Shown here: one piece after another, positions 13,599-34,123 of the stretch
Position numbering within the stretch: position 1 is the stretch's first letter
Layout: the number at the start of each line of letters is the position of its first letter
Origin: Chrysomallon squamiferum
Taxonomy: Eukaryota > Animalia > Mollusca
Direction of reading: 5' to 3'
DNA length: 64,000 nt
Assembly (NCBI GenBank): GCA_012295275.1
Contig: CM022668.1
Span: 6,076,001-6,140,000, forward strand
Program-made: the position numbers and the translations under genes
The notes under the pieces: model-generated
The model's database searches: none
What the model saw: the letters and a program-made list of their open reading frames with translations, nothing else
Told to the model about the DNA's origin: nothing

Positions 13599-14253
13599 AC
13601 ACTACTAGTAGTAAAATAATAGCCATAGGTGTATAAATAGTAATATTAACACTACAGTATTAGTTGCAGTACTTTTATTTATAGTAACCATAACAGTAGT
13701 AGGAGCAATCGTAATAATAATAATAAAAGAGTTGTTGTAGTAGTTCTGGTAGTAGTAGCAGTATTAATAGTAGTTGTTGTGATGGAACTGTGCTTGTTGT
13801 AACTGAAGTAACGATAACAGTAGTAGTAGTCTTCAAAGTAGTGGTGGTAATAGTAGTAGTAAATTAAATTACTAATGGTAACAGAAGTAGCAGTAACAAT
13901 TCCAGTAAGTACAGTAGTAGCAGCAGTAGTAGTTGTAGAAGTTATATAAAAATAAGGACAACATTAAAATATCTTACCTTGGCTATAGAATCTTTGTCTT
14001 GGTAAATTGATCCTTTCTTGGTGACAAAATCTTGTGAACTTTCTTCCTTTGTTTTGTAGTTGAGTTGACACTCCAGGGTAGACGTGAAGAAGTTAAAAGA
14101 TTTACAACACATATCAGCTACACAGGCAGCAGAACAATCATACAACGACGATGGAGACGTCGTGGTCATGACATGGTTTCGAAATTCCATGTCTCGATGT
14201 ATCACAGCTATCACGTGGTTAACGAATAAGATATAAATTCCTGAAAATTTCAT
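11058..14253 (-). CDS. PF2: PAN/Apple + Cys-rich + fibrinogen C-terminal domain protein (FReD); spans an assembly gap
   Basis: Exons 14253-13978, 13499-13370, 13094-12955, [gap 12696-12895], 12422-12326, 12140-11976, 11317-11058; all GT-AG and phase-compatible. Motifs [49 protein letters not shown]. Carries W>C (RTCQEY); the two halves may come from different paralogs. Confidence 0.72.
12696..12895. other. Assembly gap (200 N)
   Basis: Fixed-length N run, probably a scaffolding placeholder. Confidence 0.99.
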
Positions 14254-15090
14254 TTTTAATCTTTGAAAGAATCTTAAAATAAGAAATAAAATAATCCAGT
14301 TTTCTTGCTTATGGTTCAAATACTCGTTCTTTCCGTTATCTGTGTTGCATCGTTGATTTCTGAGTTCAGACTAGTTATTCGTAGTTCACTGGTTTCTCAT
14401 AAAACTTCTGAAATAGGCGTTTGTTCATGTTGTTGCATATTGGCTATTTTGTCTGTTTTGACTGGTGAAGAATTAAAGATTCATACAGACGCAGCGAATT
14501 AACATAACGATCGCTAAGTGTCTAGATTACTGTTGTGTATTGATCTGCAGCATCTGTGTGTATCGATATATTTACATATCTGTCGATCTGTTTGTTTCTC
14601 TATCTGTTTATATTATATGACAGTCATTTTAGATTTTCATTTATAGAGGAATAAAGGTTTTATATTTGTGTGCAGGGCGATAACTATTTACTGTCTAAAA
14701 TTATTGTCCTGCGAAGATTAGAATGCCAAATGCAGCGAGGCTTTACTCAAACGTTTTCTCTATCACTAAGCACTGAGCACTTCCAATAGTATTACAAAAC
14801 CTTTACTATGACAAAGCAGAATTTACAATTTCAATATTTCATTTTTCTTTACTTTATTTTTCATTTCTCCTTCTGGCCATTTAATTAAAATTTTAAAAAT
14901 ATTAATAATAAATAAATAAAAGCAATAATAACAAAGATCTGTAATCTCTGGTGCATACAGTAGTACGGTGTGTACAATAGTCTATTATGTACAGTAGTCT
15001 ATTGTACTGAGTTCTTTTTAGTTTTTGTTATTGTTGGGTTAGTTGTTGTCTTTTTCCTGTTATTTTAAAGATTACAATAATAATAATAAT

Positions 15091-15131
<41 letters not shown>

Positions 15132-15773
15132 TAAGAATAATAAGAATAATAAGAATAACAATAATAATAATAACAATAATAGTAATAATGATATATACAT
15201 AAAACTTGGATCGCCTTGTCCTGAATAAAATAAAGATTTATTAAATGTAATTATAATAATTATGTATAACTGTCTACAGAAATGGATATGAATTGAAAAT
15301 TATCCTTAATGTAATGAACTTATGTAAAAAAAAGTCTCCAAGTAAAAATGACAATAAAACAGATTTAAAATAGTAGTATTAGTAGTATTAGTAGTAATAG
15401 TAGTAATAACAATAATCTATTCTATCATATTGTTATTTCTTTTTACTCTAATCTTTTTACTTTTTATTTTTTGTTGAAAAATCAGTATTATACATCATCT
15501 CTCCATCAGTTTCACGTACATTTGGTTTAATACAATTCCTTAAACTGTACTTTTATTTTATTATGTGACTGGTTTGGTTTATCTTTCAACCCTCACAACT
15601 AAGCATGAAAGGAACATTATACTGTCACAAAACATTTAAATGCCGCCATATACATGCACGCTAAAATGACGAAAGACAAAGAACGGCGAGCTTCGTGGGA
15701 AGCGATGATTACCTCGGTTATTGGGCAACTCTTTCCAAGGTTGTCTTGATGGCCGAACGGTAACATCGTCAGC

Positions 15774-15920
<147 letters not shown>

Positions 15921-16014
15921 AGAGAGAGAGACTGAGAGAGAGAGACTGAGAGAGAGAGACTGAGCGAGACTGAGCGAGAGTGAGCGAGAGTGAGCGAGAG
16001 AGAGCGAGAGAGAG

Positions 16015-18668
16015 ATCATATTTATTCCTCTGAAGTAGAAGACAGTCACGCAGTGTGATAATGATTATTTTTGAGAATATGACGTTGAGTTCGCGGTGAG
16101 CTGTTGATAATAATTATTTTAATATTGAGCTGATCGAAGGTCCAAGATAATGTTTTATGTAAATTATTTATGTATCTAGGATAACATAATTATTACACAG
16201 TTGTATGTTAAAAATCGTGTAGCGATCATGCACAATTTAGCCGCGTAACGCCTGGTGCAGTAGCACGGATTACACAGCCATACACTGATTACACAGACAT
16301 ACACTGATTACACAGACATACACTGATTACACAGACATACACTGATTACACAGTCATACACTGATTACACAGCCATACACTGATTACACAGCCATACACT
16401 GATTACACAGCCATACACTGATTACACAGCCATACACTGATTACACAGCATACACTGATTACACAGCCATACACTGATTACACAGCCATACACTGATTAC
16501 ACAGACATACACTGATTACACAGCTATACACTGATTACACAGACATACACTGATTACACAGCCATACACTGATTACACAGACATACACTGATTACACAGC
16601 CATACACTGATTACACAGACATACACTGATTACACAGACATACACTGATTACACAGCCATACACTGATTACACAGCCATACACTGATTACACAGCCATAC
16701 ACTGATTACACAGCCATACACTGATTACACAGCCATACACTGATTACACAGCCATACACTGATTACACAGACATACACTGATTACACAGCCATACACTGA
16801 TTACACAGACATACACTGATTACACAGCTATACACTGATTACACAGCCATATACACTGATTACACAGCCATACACTGATTACACAGCCATACACTGATTA
16901 CACAGTCATACACTGATTACACAGCCATACACTGATTACACAGACATACACTGATTACACAGACATACACTGATTACACAGACATACACTGATTACACAG
17001 CCATACACTGATTACACAGTCATACACTGATTACACAGCCATACACTGATTACACAGTCATACACTGATTACACAGACATACACTGATTACACAGTCATA
17101 CACTGATTACACAGACATACACTGATTACACAGCCATACACTGATTACACAGCCATACACTGATTACACAGCCATACACTGATTACACAGCCATACACTG
17201 ATTACACAGCCATACACTGATTACACAGCCATACACTGATTACACAGACATACACTGATTACACAGACATACACTGATTACACAGACATACACTGATTAC
17301 ACAGCCATACACTGATTACACAGCTATACACTGATTACACAGCCATACACTGATTACACAGCTATACACTGATTACACAGACATACACTGATTACACAGA
17401 CATACACTGATTACACAGACATACACTGATTACACAGACATACACTGATTACACAGACATACACTGATTACACAGACATACACTGATTACACAGACATAC
17501 ACTGATTACACAGACATACACTGATTACACAGACATACACTGATTACACAGCCATACACTGATTACACAGCCATACACTGATTACACAGCCATACACTGA
17601 TTACACAGACATACACTGATTACACAGCCATACACTGATTACACAGACATACACTGATTACACAGACATACACTGATTACACAGACATACACTGATTACA
17701 CAGCCATACACTGATTACACAGACATACACTGATTACACAGCCATACACTGATTACACAGCCATACACTGATTACACAGCCATACACTGATTACACAGCC
17801 ATACACTGATTACACAGACATACACTGATTACACAGACATACACTGATTACACAGCCATACACTGATTACACTGACATACACTGATTACACAGACATACA
17901 CTGATTACACAGTCATACACTGATTACACAGCCATACACTGATTACACAGCTATACACTGATTACACAGACATACACTGATTACACAGCCATACACTGAT
18001 TACACAGACATACACTGATTACACAGACATACACTGATTACACAGACATACACTGATTACACAGTCATACACTGATTACACAGACATACACTGATTACAC
18101 AGCCATACACTGATTACACAGACATACACTGATTACACAGACATACACTGATTACACACATACACATACACTGATTACACAGACATACACTGATTACACA
18201 GACATACACTGATTACACAGCCATACACTGATTACACAGCCATACACTGATTACACAGCCATACACTGATTACACAGCCATACACTGATTACACAGCCAT
18301 ACACTGATTACACAGCCATACACTGATTACACAGCCATACACTGATTACACAGCTATACACTGATTACACAGACATACACTGATTACACAGCCATACACT
18401 GATTACACAGAGATACACTGATTACACAGCCATACACTGATTACACAGACATACACTGATTACATAGCCATACAGTTAGCAGCAAATTTCACAGGAATCG
18501 GATTGTGTCCCTTCGCTTACATCTATTTTGTTTAAGAACAAGACACGAGAACGTCTGACACCAAAAGTGCTAAACAATGGCTTGACAGCCAGTTTAAATA
18601 AACAGGTGGCGGGTGTTGCTGCTATTTCTGACGAATGGCGGACGAATTCGTCGTAAGCTAAAAGTGAT
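16015..18668. mobile_element. Possible non-autonomous element (Helentron/MITE-like) carrying the 19-bp array
   Basis: Unique, GC-richer flanks of ~250 and ~190 bp that I did not see elsewhere in the window; sub-terminal palindrome GACGAATTCGTC at 18641-18652; weak terminal inverted match ATCATATTTA / TAAAAGTGAT. Confidence 0.35.
16268..18474. repeat. 19-bp minisatellite array, ~116 units (CTGATTACACAG[CC/AC/TC/CT]ATACA)
   Basis: Head-to-tail units, no spacers, variation almost confined to two adjacent bases. Confidence 0.97.
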
Positions 18669-18807
18669 GTGTGTATCTATTTATCTGTCTGTATCGTGGA
18701 ACCGCCATCTCTTATAGTATGTATCGAGACCTTTGTGTATATCTGTCTGTCTGTCTCCCTGTCTGTCTATCTATCTATCTATATCTATATGTCTATCTAT
18801 ATATCTA

Positions 18808-18846
<39 letters not shown>

Positions 18847-19225
18847 ATATATATATATATATGTATATTTCTCTATATATCTCTATATGGGGGGCTGTCT
18901 GTCTCTGCCTGTATGTGTGTTTGAATATCTGTGTTTGTGTGTCTGTATGTATATGCATTTCTGTATCCGTGTAACTGTTTTTGTACGAATGTGTGTAAGT
19001 GTGTTTCTTGGTTTACAACTGTTTTTTTTTTGTGTGTATGTTTTTTCGTGTGTGTGTACACATATGTGCTTTTGTGTGTGCGTGGGTCCGTATATATGTA
19101 TCAGTCTGTGCATCTGTGCATATTTGCGTATGAGAGTGCCTGTATGTTGTAGTACAAAGATTGCTCTTGCTTTTCTTTCATAGTCGTAATGATAATTTAC
19201 GTTTATATTTTTTCCCGTTCCGAAG

Positions 19226-19485
19226 GTGACTCACTTGCCGGGCACAGTGGTAATTCTTTTACAACTAAGGATAAGGATCAGGATACGTGTTATTTAAACT
19301 GTGCCGAACTCTATTACGGAGCGTGGTGGTATACGTGCTGTCACAGTTCAAATCTGAACGGCTTGTACCTGGGAGGCCTTACTAAGGTATACGCCAAAGG
19401 AGTTACTTGGAGTCCGTGGAGAGGCCAGTTCTACTCGTTGAAGAGAACCGAGATAAAAATAAGACCACTTTTGTCTGGGAAATAA
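19226..19485 (+). pseudogene. PF3: orphan terminal FBG exon (intact frame and acceptor)
   Basis: ttttcccgttccgaag|[20 protein letters not shown]...[15 protein letters not shown]...KIRPLLSGK*, 260 nt as in paralogs. Upstream is ~550 bp of intron-like sequence and then the satellite element; no exon 5 on + upstream. Confidence 0.78.
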
Positions 19486-19879
19486 GACCACTTTTGTCTG
19501 GAAAATAACGCCAGTTTAGTACTGAAGTTAAGATTAGTTTAGTTTTGAAATTAAAGTTCAGCTTCTTCATTTAAGTCTTGTGTAAGTTTTAATATCTCTC
19601 GGCAGTATGAAGATGTTTATTTAATTACTTTAAAATTGTATTTGTTTTTAATTGGTTATTTATTATTGGTTGATTTAAACGTGTTTTCGTTTATTTATTT
19701 ATTTTTTCTTATTTTTTTCTTAGAGGGATTAATTTTCAGTGAGCTATTGTTATTCCATGTTCTAAAATTTGAAGTTTGAATTGTCCTGTGTCACGAAGAG
19801 TCAGATAAAACATTTCATGTTCTATAAAAGGAAGACTTCATCAAACTTTTTACTGTAAAGGAATATTTCATAAATCTTT

Positions 19880-20190
19880 CCATGGAACATTCCAATTCGG
19901 AACAGTTAATCAAGCTTTGTTCTTATGGAATATTCCATGTCGGATCAGGATCGTCAAACTTTGTAGTAATGGAACATTCCATGTTGGAAAAGTTCGTCAA
20001 ACTTCGTTCTTATGGAACATTCCATGTGGGAATATTTCATGAACGTTTGTTTTAATGGATCATTCCATGTGGGAACAGTTCGTCAAACTTCGTTCTAATG
20101 GATCATTCCACGTGGGAACAGTTCGTCAAACTTCGTTCTAATGGAACATTCCGCCGGAACAGTTCATCAGGCTGTTTTCTAAAGGAAGAT
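19880..20190 (+). repeat. 43-bp degenerate tandem repeat in FReD 3' flank, ~7 units
   Basis: AATGGA(A/T)CATTCCATGTGGGAACAGTTCGTCAAACTTCGTTCT with starts at 20054, 20097 and 20140; related copies at ~10440-10550, 40500-40700 and 62590-63090. Confidence 0.85.
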
Positions 20191-20658
20191 TCCGTGCGTA
20201 ACCACGTTGTATATCAATACTGTTTGAAACACGTTCATATAAAACCTTTCTTTTTCTTCTGTTGTTATCACTTGATATCTGTCTGTGTACATTTACTTTT
20301 AATAAAGCTATTAACATCTTCTTTTTATAGAACATAAAATGTTTTATCTGACTCTTCCTGTCACAGAACAATTCAAACTTCAGGCTGAAGAGCTTACTAA
20401 GGGAAGTTACTAATGTTTTTATTGATTTCAGCGAACTAACCAGGGGATTCAGATCAATTTGTTGTTTAATACATTTTTTATTTCTGCGAGTTATTTCTCT
20501 CACTGTTATGTTTTGTACTGGGAATTATATGCCAGGCAAGTTTAATTAAAACTGTGTCTTTGTTACAAATAATAATAATTTGTGACTCCATTTAATAATA
20601 AAACGATTGATTCAAACAAAAAAAATCTTTCGAATCTATTTCATATTTAATAATTATA

Positions 20659-20694
<36 letters not shown>

Positions 20695-21945
20695 TACATG
20701 TTTTATGTACTAACGTATTTTGTTAATGAAATATTGTGTGTCATTGTTGTAGTTGAATTTCTTAATACAGTATTATCTACCACAACACCTTTGTTGACAC
20801 ATTCTTCAAGACCACTGTTAACCGTGGTCATTATAATCCTTAGCGTCGTCATTATGATGAGCAACATCATCATCATCATCACCTTAACTACAGCCGTGAT
20901 ATTTGTTTGCATCTTTTCGATCATAATCATCGACTCCATTATTATCGTTATTATCAAAACAGCATCATTATTATCAGCTTCGTCATAATCATTTGCATTG
21001 CATAATGATTATAAAGAAATTGAATATTTTTCAGCTGTTTCTCTTTAAAATGTTCAAATATTTGTTTTATTTTTTATTTTTATTTATTTTGCTTTTAATT
21101 TAATTAACTTTTCTATCTCATCTAATCTTAATTAATTTACAAGAAAAGAGTACATTTGAAATCATTTTTTTTTTTTTTTAAGTGACATCGACAAGTACGC
21201 CATGACGTCACAGCTCGGATTACGAAAGAATAAAAATGGAGGCTTTCAGATGTTTTGTGACAGTACAACGTTCCTCTCATGCTTTGTTATGAGCGATGAA
21301 AGATGAAGCAAACTAGTCAGATAACAACTAAAGAATAAATAGTTTAAAGAATTTTATTAGACCAGATGTACGTGAGAAAAAACAGGAATAATACAGATTA
21401 ATGATATTAAAATGTGAAATATGTTTTCAAAGCTTTTAAACTTGTATTCTCCCGAAAAAAAAAAAAAAAACAATCAAAACAAAAACAAAGAAAACAACAA
21501 CAAGCAAAACAAAACAAAACAAAACAACAACAACAACAATATGGTATAATAGATTATTATTATTATCTTAAATTGATATGCTATTTGTCACACGTAATAT
21601 TAACAACGACAATATTGCTTTAAATGTAAAACTAACAAACACGGAATTTTAATACATTAACTAAATAAATAAATAAATAAATAAATATCATATAAAAAGT
21701 GAAACGATGTAATTCTCAATAAGTGAATTTTATTCTTGCAATTTCGAAAAAATCTAAAACTCATTTACCTCACCAAGGCCTCTTAAATAAAAGAGCATAA
21801 ATCTATACAAAATACTGAACAGAGAACTAGTCTATTCATCTCTAAGGAATAATAACTGTATATAATTCTTTTAAACGTTAATAACAGGCAACAAAATGTT
21901 TTCAAAAACAAAATCAATCTCATTTAACAAATACATGGTATATCT

Positions 21946-27728
<5,783 letters not shown>

Positions 27729-28999
27729 TTTTAATCTTTGTAAAAATCTTAAAATAACAAATGAATTGAATCCAGTTGTCTTGCTTATGGTTCAAATACT
27801 ACGTTCCTTCCCTTGTCTGCACTGCAGCGTTGATTTCTGAGTTCAGACGAATGATTCGTAGTTCACTGGCTTGTTATAAAACTTCTGAATTAGGCGTTTG
27901 TTCATCTTGTTGCTTATTGGCTGTTTTGTCTGTTTTGACTGGTGAAGAATTAAAGATTCATACAGACGCAGCGAATTAACATAACGATCGCTAAGTGTCT
28001 AGTTTACTGTTATGTATTGATCTGCAGCATCTGTGTGTATCTATATATTTACAGATCTGTAGATCTGTTTGTCTGTGTATCTGTTTATATTATATGAGAG
28101 TCATTTTAGATTTTCATTTATAGAGGAATAGATGTTTTATATATATGTGCCTAGCCGTAACTAGTTACTGTCTAAATTTATTGTCCTGCGAAGATTAGAA
28201 TGCCAAATGCAGCGAGGCTTTACCGAGCTATTCAACTTGACCAAAATAAAGGTTTATTTTTTTTAACCTGCAATTCTAAATAACTTTGAAAACCAAAGAA
28301 ATTAACTATATATATTTCGATAAATTATTTGCCACAGTCACACACACACACAAATACACAGAGACAGATATCATATATATTTGTAAGTGGCAAGTATTTT
28401 ATGGAAGTAAATATTGTTCCGTTCCAATCAGTCCCTCGCTCAGACTTTTTCTTCATGATTGAGCACTGAACACTTCCAACAGTATTGGAAAACCTTTACT
28501 ATGACAAAGCAGAATTTACAATTTCAGTATTTCATTTTTCTTTACTTTATTTTTCATAATATCGACCAAATCGACAACGTTAACCTAATCACTAACGTCA
28601 TGCATGTCTTCAATGTTAAGCAAGTTGAGAACTTGAACAAAGACACAATGAAACATTAGTACTAACTAGGTGAAGTACACGCTTCACTTGAAATGTTTTG
28701 CCTCAAAGATTTTTAGTCGTATTACATGTTTTATAATTAATAAAAGAAATACAGGATTATTTAGCGGGTTAAAATTTAATTAAAATGTAGTTTGAATACT
28801 GTGTTGTCGTTGTTGCTTTTGTGAATGGCGCCTTCATCTTTCTTGACGTGTTCGTCATCACATTTGTTTCGAGAGGGTAAACTCCAGAGACGTTTACAGA
28901 AAATCGTTTCAAAGTTTCACATTGCTAGAGAATACATTAAGAATGAAATAAAGAGTCAAGGATATATGCCTCCGAAAAGAATGATGCGAAATTTATCAA

Positions 29000-29189
<190 letters not shown>

Positions 29190-30100
29190 CTATATGTATA
29201 TGAATGTATTTGTTTAAGCATGTATTTTAGGATGTTCAATATTGTATGGCACCCATTCGCCTCCTCTCCAAATGCTGACGATGTTACCGTTCAACCACCA
29301 AGACAACCTCAAGAAAATTGCTCAATAACCAAGGGTAATCATCGCTTCCGAAGAAACACGCCGTTCTTTGTCTTTTTGTTTCCTTAATCAGATGAAAATA
29401 AACGACTCCAGTCTAGGTTTCACATTTGTTGTAATACGAACGCCGGTACAAAACGAAACAATGTTTCCCAGCGACCAGCAAAGAAATTCTGTCTATATAA
29501 ATTAATAAGTCTATCTATCCACTAGAGAAATAAAAACAATACAAGTGAAGGTTCACGTTAATTATTTAATTATGATATAGAGGTGACTTGATAAAAATAC
29601 ATTATACAATCATAACACATACGATTGTTTAATTTTGCAGTTTAGGATTTTGAATAGTCTCTGAGTTATGTACGTCTGATTAGACTGGGCAGATAGACAA
29701 TATTCAGGATCGCTCTAACACAGACAGACAAAGATCAGTCACAACATCATCAAACCCGTCAGAAACCGCTGACGAGACAGGAAAGTACGGCAGTCATTCG
29801 CCCGCACTCCAAAAGCGGATCACGTTACGATATGTGTGTGTGTGTGTGTGTGTCTGTGTGTGTGCCTGTGTGTGAGTGTGTGTGTGTCTGTGTGTGTGTG
29901 TGTCTGTGTGTGTGTGTGTGTCTGTGTGTGTGTCTGTGTGTGTTTGTGTGTGTGTCTGTGTGTGTATGTGTGTCTGTGTGTGTGTCTGTGTGTGTGTGTG
30001 TGTCTGTGTGTGTGTGTGTGTGCTGAATTGTTCTTGTTATTATCACTACTACTATGACCACGACTATCACTGTTACCGTTGCTTCTACCGTAATCATCAC

Positions 30101-30148
<48 letters not shown>

Positions 30149-30384
30149 TGTTATAAAAGTTCAGAAAGATAATTAGGTGTTATATATGGACTTTGTTTTA
30201 AATAAAGAAAAACGTTAATCTTGAAAAGTAATACTGTTATATATCTGCACGCTTAAAACAAAATAAAACATTCAAATAAACCAGTAGTCTTGCTTCATGT
30301 TGGGAATCACTAATGTAAACTAATGTTAAACATATCTACTTTATGTGTTTGATTTCCTCAGAAGACAGCAATTTATCAATAATT

Positions 30385-31197
30385 TTACAGATTTACAGAA
30401 AGTTCCGTGTTATTTTGTAGATGATTCTTCTTCAAATTCATCGTTCCACATTTTTTCCAGAACTGCTCTGTTACGTCATCAACATTCTCAGCATTCCAAT
30501 CTTCCAGTTTGTGACTCCTCCACAGAAATATCACCCACAGCAAATTAAAGACATCCTGTGATATTAGGTACGAGGTGTTCCTCTCCAACATCCTCAACAA
30601 GAAAATACCGTCCTGTTGCAAATAACTTCGGCAGAATGTGTGAAAAAGACCCATGTCGTCTGCTAGCATATTTTTCATACTGACTCGGTATTTCTCGAGA
30701 AATCTCTCTCGTTTAGAGACGATGATTAACTCGGTTGTCCATGAGATGAGGCTAAGGACGGTTGCTACTGCCAGCAAAGCAAAGATGAACCAAAGGAGTA
30801 TGTACATCTTCTCCAGAAAGAGGTTGATGGTCAAGACACACTGCACTGTCCACTTCTGGACGTTCTGAAGTTGTCGGATCTCGAAGTCACAGAGCGAAAT
30901 TCTCGGGAAGTGACGGGAATCGATCCAGAATTGGTTTTGTGAGAGAGATGAAACGACCTCGATCCCGTAGGTGTAGTAGTCAATTTCCAAGAACTTTGAG
31001 AGCAGAGGAAACTGAACGATGACGTTGACGAGGTAGAGAATCTTTTTCAAAATAAACAGCTGAACGAGATAGGACCCAGACTTGGTACCGATAGACAGGA
31101 ATTTTTTGGAAAACATGTCTCTGAATCTGTCTATGTAGACAGCTGTTTGACTCAGAATCTCTTGTCTTTCCTTTACATCAATGTGTTCTAAATCAGC
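30385..31197 (-). pseudogene. Innexin INX2, 5'-truncated (promoter, exon 1, TM1-EL1-TM2 deleted)
   Basis: Open frame ADLEHIDVKE...ELSVNL* nearly identical to INX1/INX3, fused at 31194-31197 to sequence homologous to INX1 far-upstream position ~845. The ORF-track start is a TTG in that flank. Confidence 0.85.
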
Positions 31198-32898
31198 AGA
31201 AAAGACATTTAAGAATTCTTGTTCCAATTTAAAGCAGGCAAATGATACATTTTTATATATATATATATATATAAATTTTTATTTTTTATTTTTCCAAAGT
31301 CATTAATAAACTTATTTAGCATTCGATATTCGTTAATCTTGCCTCTTCTGACACGTTTGGCATCACGTGACGTTTCCATAACTACGGAGCCATTTTTAGC
31401 ATTCGGCCTCTTATTCATAAAATTCAGTAAATTGTAGCAATTTTTATTTATCTTATTTTTCTATCTTGTTTTTTTCCCTTAGAATGTTCTTGTTTATTTA
31501 TTTATGTGTTTCTTTATTCATGCATTTCATTCATTTGTTCGTTCATTCGTTCATTTATTTACTTTTGCTGACTGTACATTATTAACATCATTGTTGATGT
31601 TGTTGTTGATGTTGTTTATTTCAATGACAGATTGTTTATTCGTTTCATTCTTCTTTCAAAAATGTATGTCATCTGACTAACATCATTTATTATTTAATTA
31701 ACAAAGTTACACAAAATGTATTTGAATAAATGTACGTTAATCTGAATATCTTAGTATCAGACTTTTAAAAATAATTTTATTGATACAGAAAACGCGATAT
31801 TACACGGGACACACTTTTCTATTAGCAGGAAGAAATCTTTTCTTGGCACCTTCCCAAACAGTGCGTCCTTGATAAACCAATAGCAGGGTATTCATTGAAA
31901 CATATATAACAATTTAAGCAAGGCCAAGAAGTGGGTCATCTCCCCTTTTACAAGGCGACACCTCTAACCCCTGAGCCACAACTACAACTACAGAATGACA
32001 CAGCACAGTGATCGAGTTAGGCTGCCACTCGAACATGTCATTGTAAAGCTAGAGTGCTATTGAGACGTTTATTTTCATCTGATTAAGAAAACAAGCAAAA
32101 CCTGTGCATGATCCGCAGTGTCGAGTCTGTTCTGTGTGTCTCGTGTAAATAGTTATTTTTCATGAATGGGATTATTATTAAAGACTTTCAATTTTAATTT
32201 ATTTATTTAATTATCTATTTATTTCTTCGTTTATTCATACATTCATGCATTCCTTCGTTTTATATATATATTTTCTTTCCTAATTTTTATGTATTTACTT
32301 CGTTAAATTTATATCATCATTATCATCATCGCCACATTATTACCATCAACGTTTTCTCCACCAACAGATCGATTTTATTATATAAGAAACTAACTGAACT
32401 AATTACTAATAGTCGTGCTATTTTATGAGGTGTTTTCTTCCCAGGATTTATTTCTCTGAGAACATTATGAATAAAATAATATGTTATTTCCTTGTCATTT
32501 TTAAGTGTTTCTTTACTAGCTATTTTCTGTTGTAGAAACAAAACTCTGTGTAACTTAGTTATTCTACTACAACACAGTCATGTGAAACTCAGTACAAGAG
32601 ACAACATTGTGCAATAGGCTATTGTATACATCAGACTATTGTATACAACAGACTATTGTATACAACAGACTACTGTAAACAAAAGGCTAAAGATCTTTGT
32701 TATTATAATTTTATTTTGTTTTTAATTTCACAATGAATAAAATAAACATTTAATAAATGGATAAATTTATACTTTCTGTAATTAATGTAATTAAATTAAT
32801 TATATATAACTATACAGAAATGGAAGCGAATCGAAAATTGTCCAAAATGTAACGAACTTATGTTAAAAATGTTTCCAAGTAAAACGACAATGAAACAG

Positions 32899-33464
<566 letters not shown>

Positions 33465-33579
33465 TATAAACATAGTTATCGTCATCATTATGATCATCAT
33501 TATTATGATCATCATCGTCATGATTACTGTTATTATAGATACTAATGCCATTTCTTCTAGTAATATTTCACATGATTAC

Positions 33580-33750
33580 TTGAAGTATTACTATAAGACA
33601 TAAACATTCCTACTGCTATAACTATTATTTTACTACTGGAAGTATTACTATAAGACATAAACATTCCTAGTGCTATAACTATTATTTTACTACTGCAAGT
33701 ATTACTATAAGACATAAACATTCCTACTGCTATAACTATTATTTTACTAC
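33580..33750 (-). repeat. 57-bp minisatellite, ~3 units
   Basis: Reverse complement of the same unit. Confidence 0.9.
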
Positions 33751-34003
33751 TCTACAATAGCAGTCACTGTTACAACGACTGTTACTGCTACCAGAAATAC
33801 TACTACTGCTGTTACATTACTACTAATACTACTGGTGCTGCTTATTTAGTAATTACAGTTGTTATTAGTACTGTTCTTTTTAAAACAATAATAATAATAA
33901 TCATCTATTTTCCGATACTGTGGTGAAATATTCCTACATGAATTATTCCATAAGATTTATGAAATGTTCCATTAGAACAAAGCTCGATGAAATGTTTGGA
34001 ACT

Positions 34004-34116
<113 letters not shown>

Positions 34117-34123
34117 TATATTT

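Noticed and set aside
16268-18474. CRISPR-like array
   Set aside because: Units are contiguous with no unique spacers, there are no cas genes, and the context is eukaryotic and intron-containing.
19458-19508. Extra mini-exon after the PF3 stop
   Set aside because: Simple 23-bp slippage duplication overlapping the stop; no coding effect.
31198-31227. MEQEFLNVFS as a genuine INX2 N-terminus
   Set aside because: Non-coding flank brought in frame by the deletion; TTG start.
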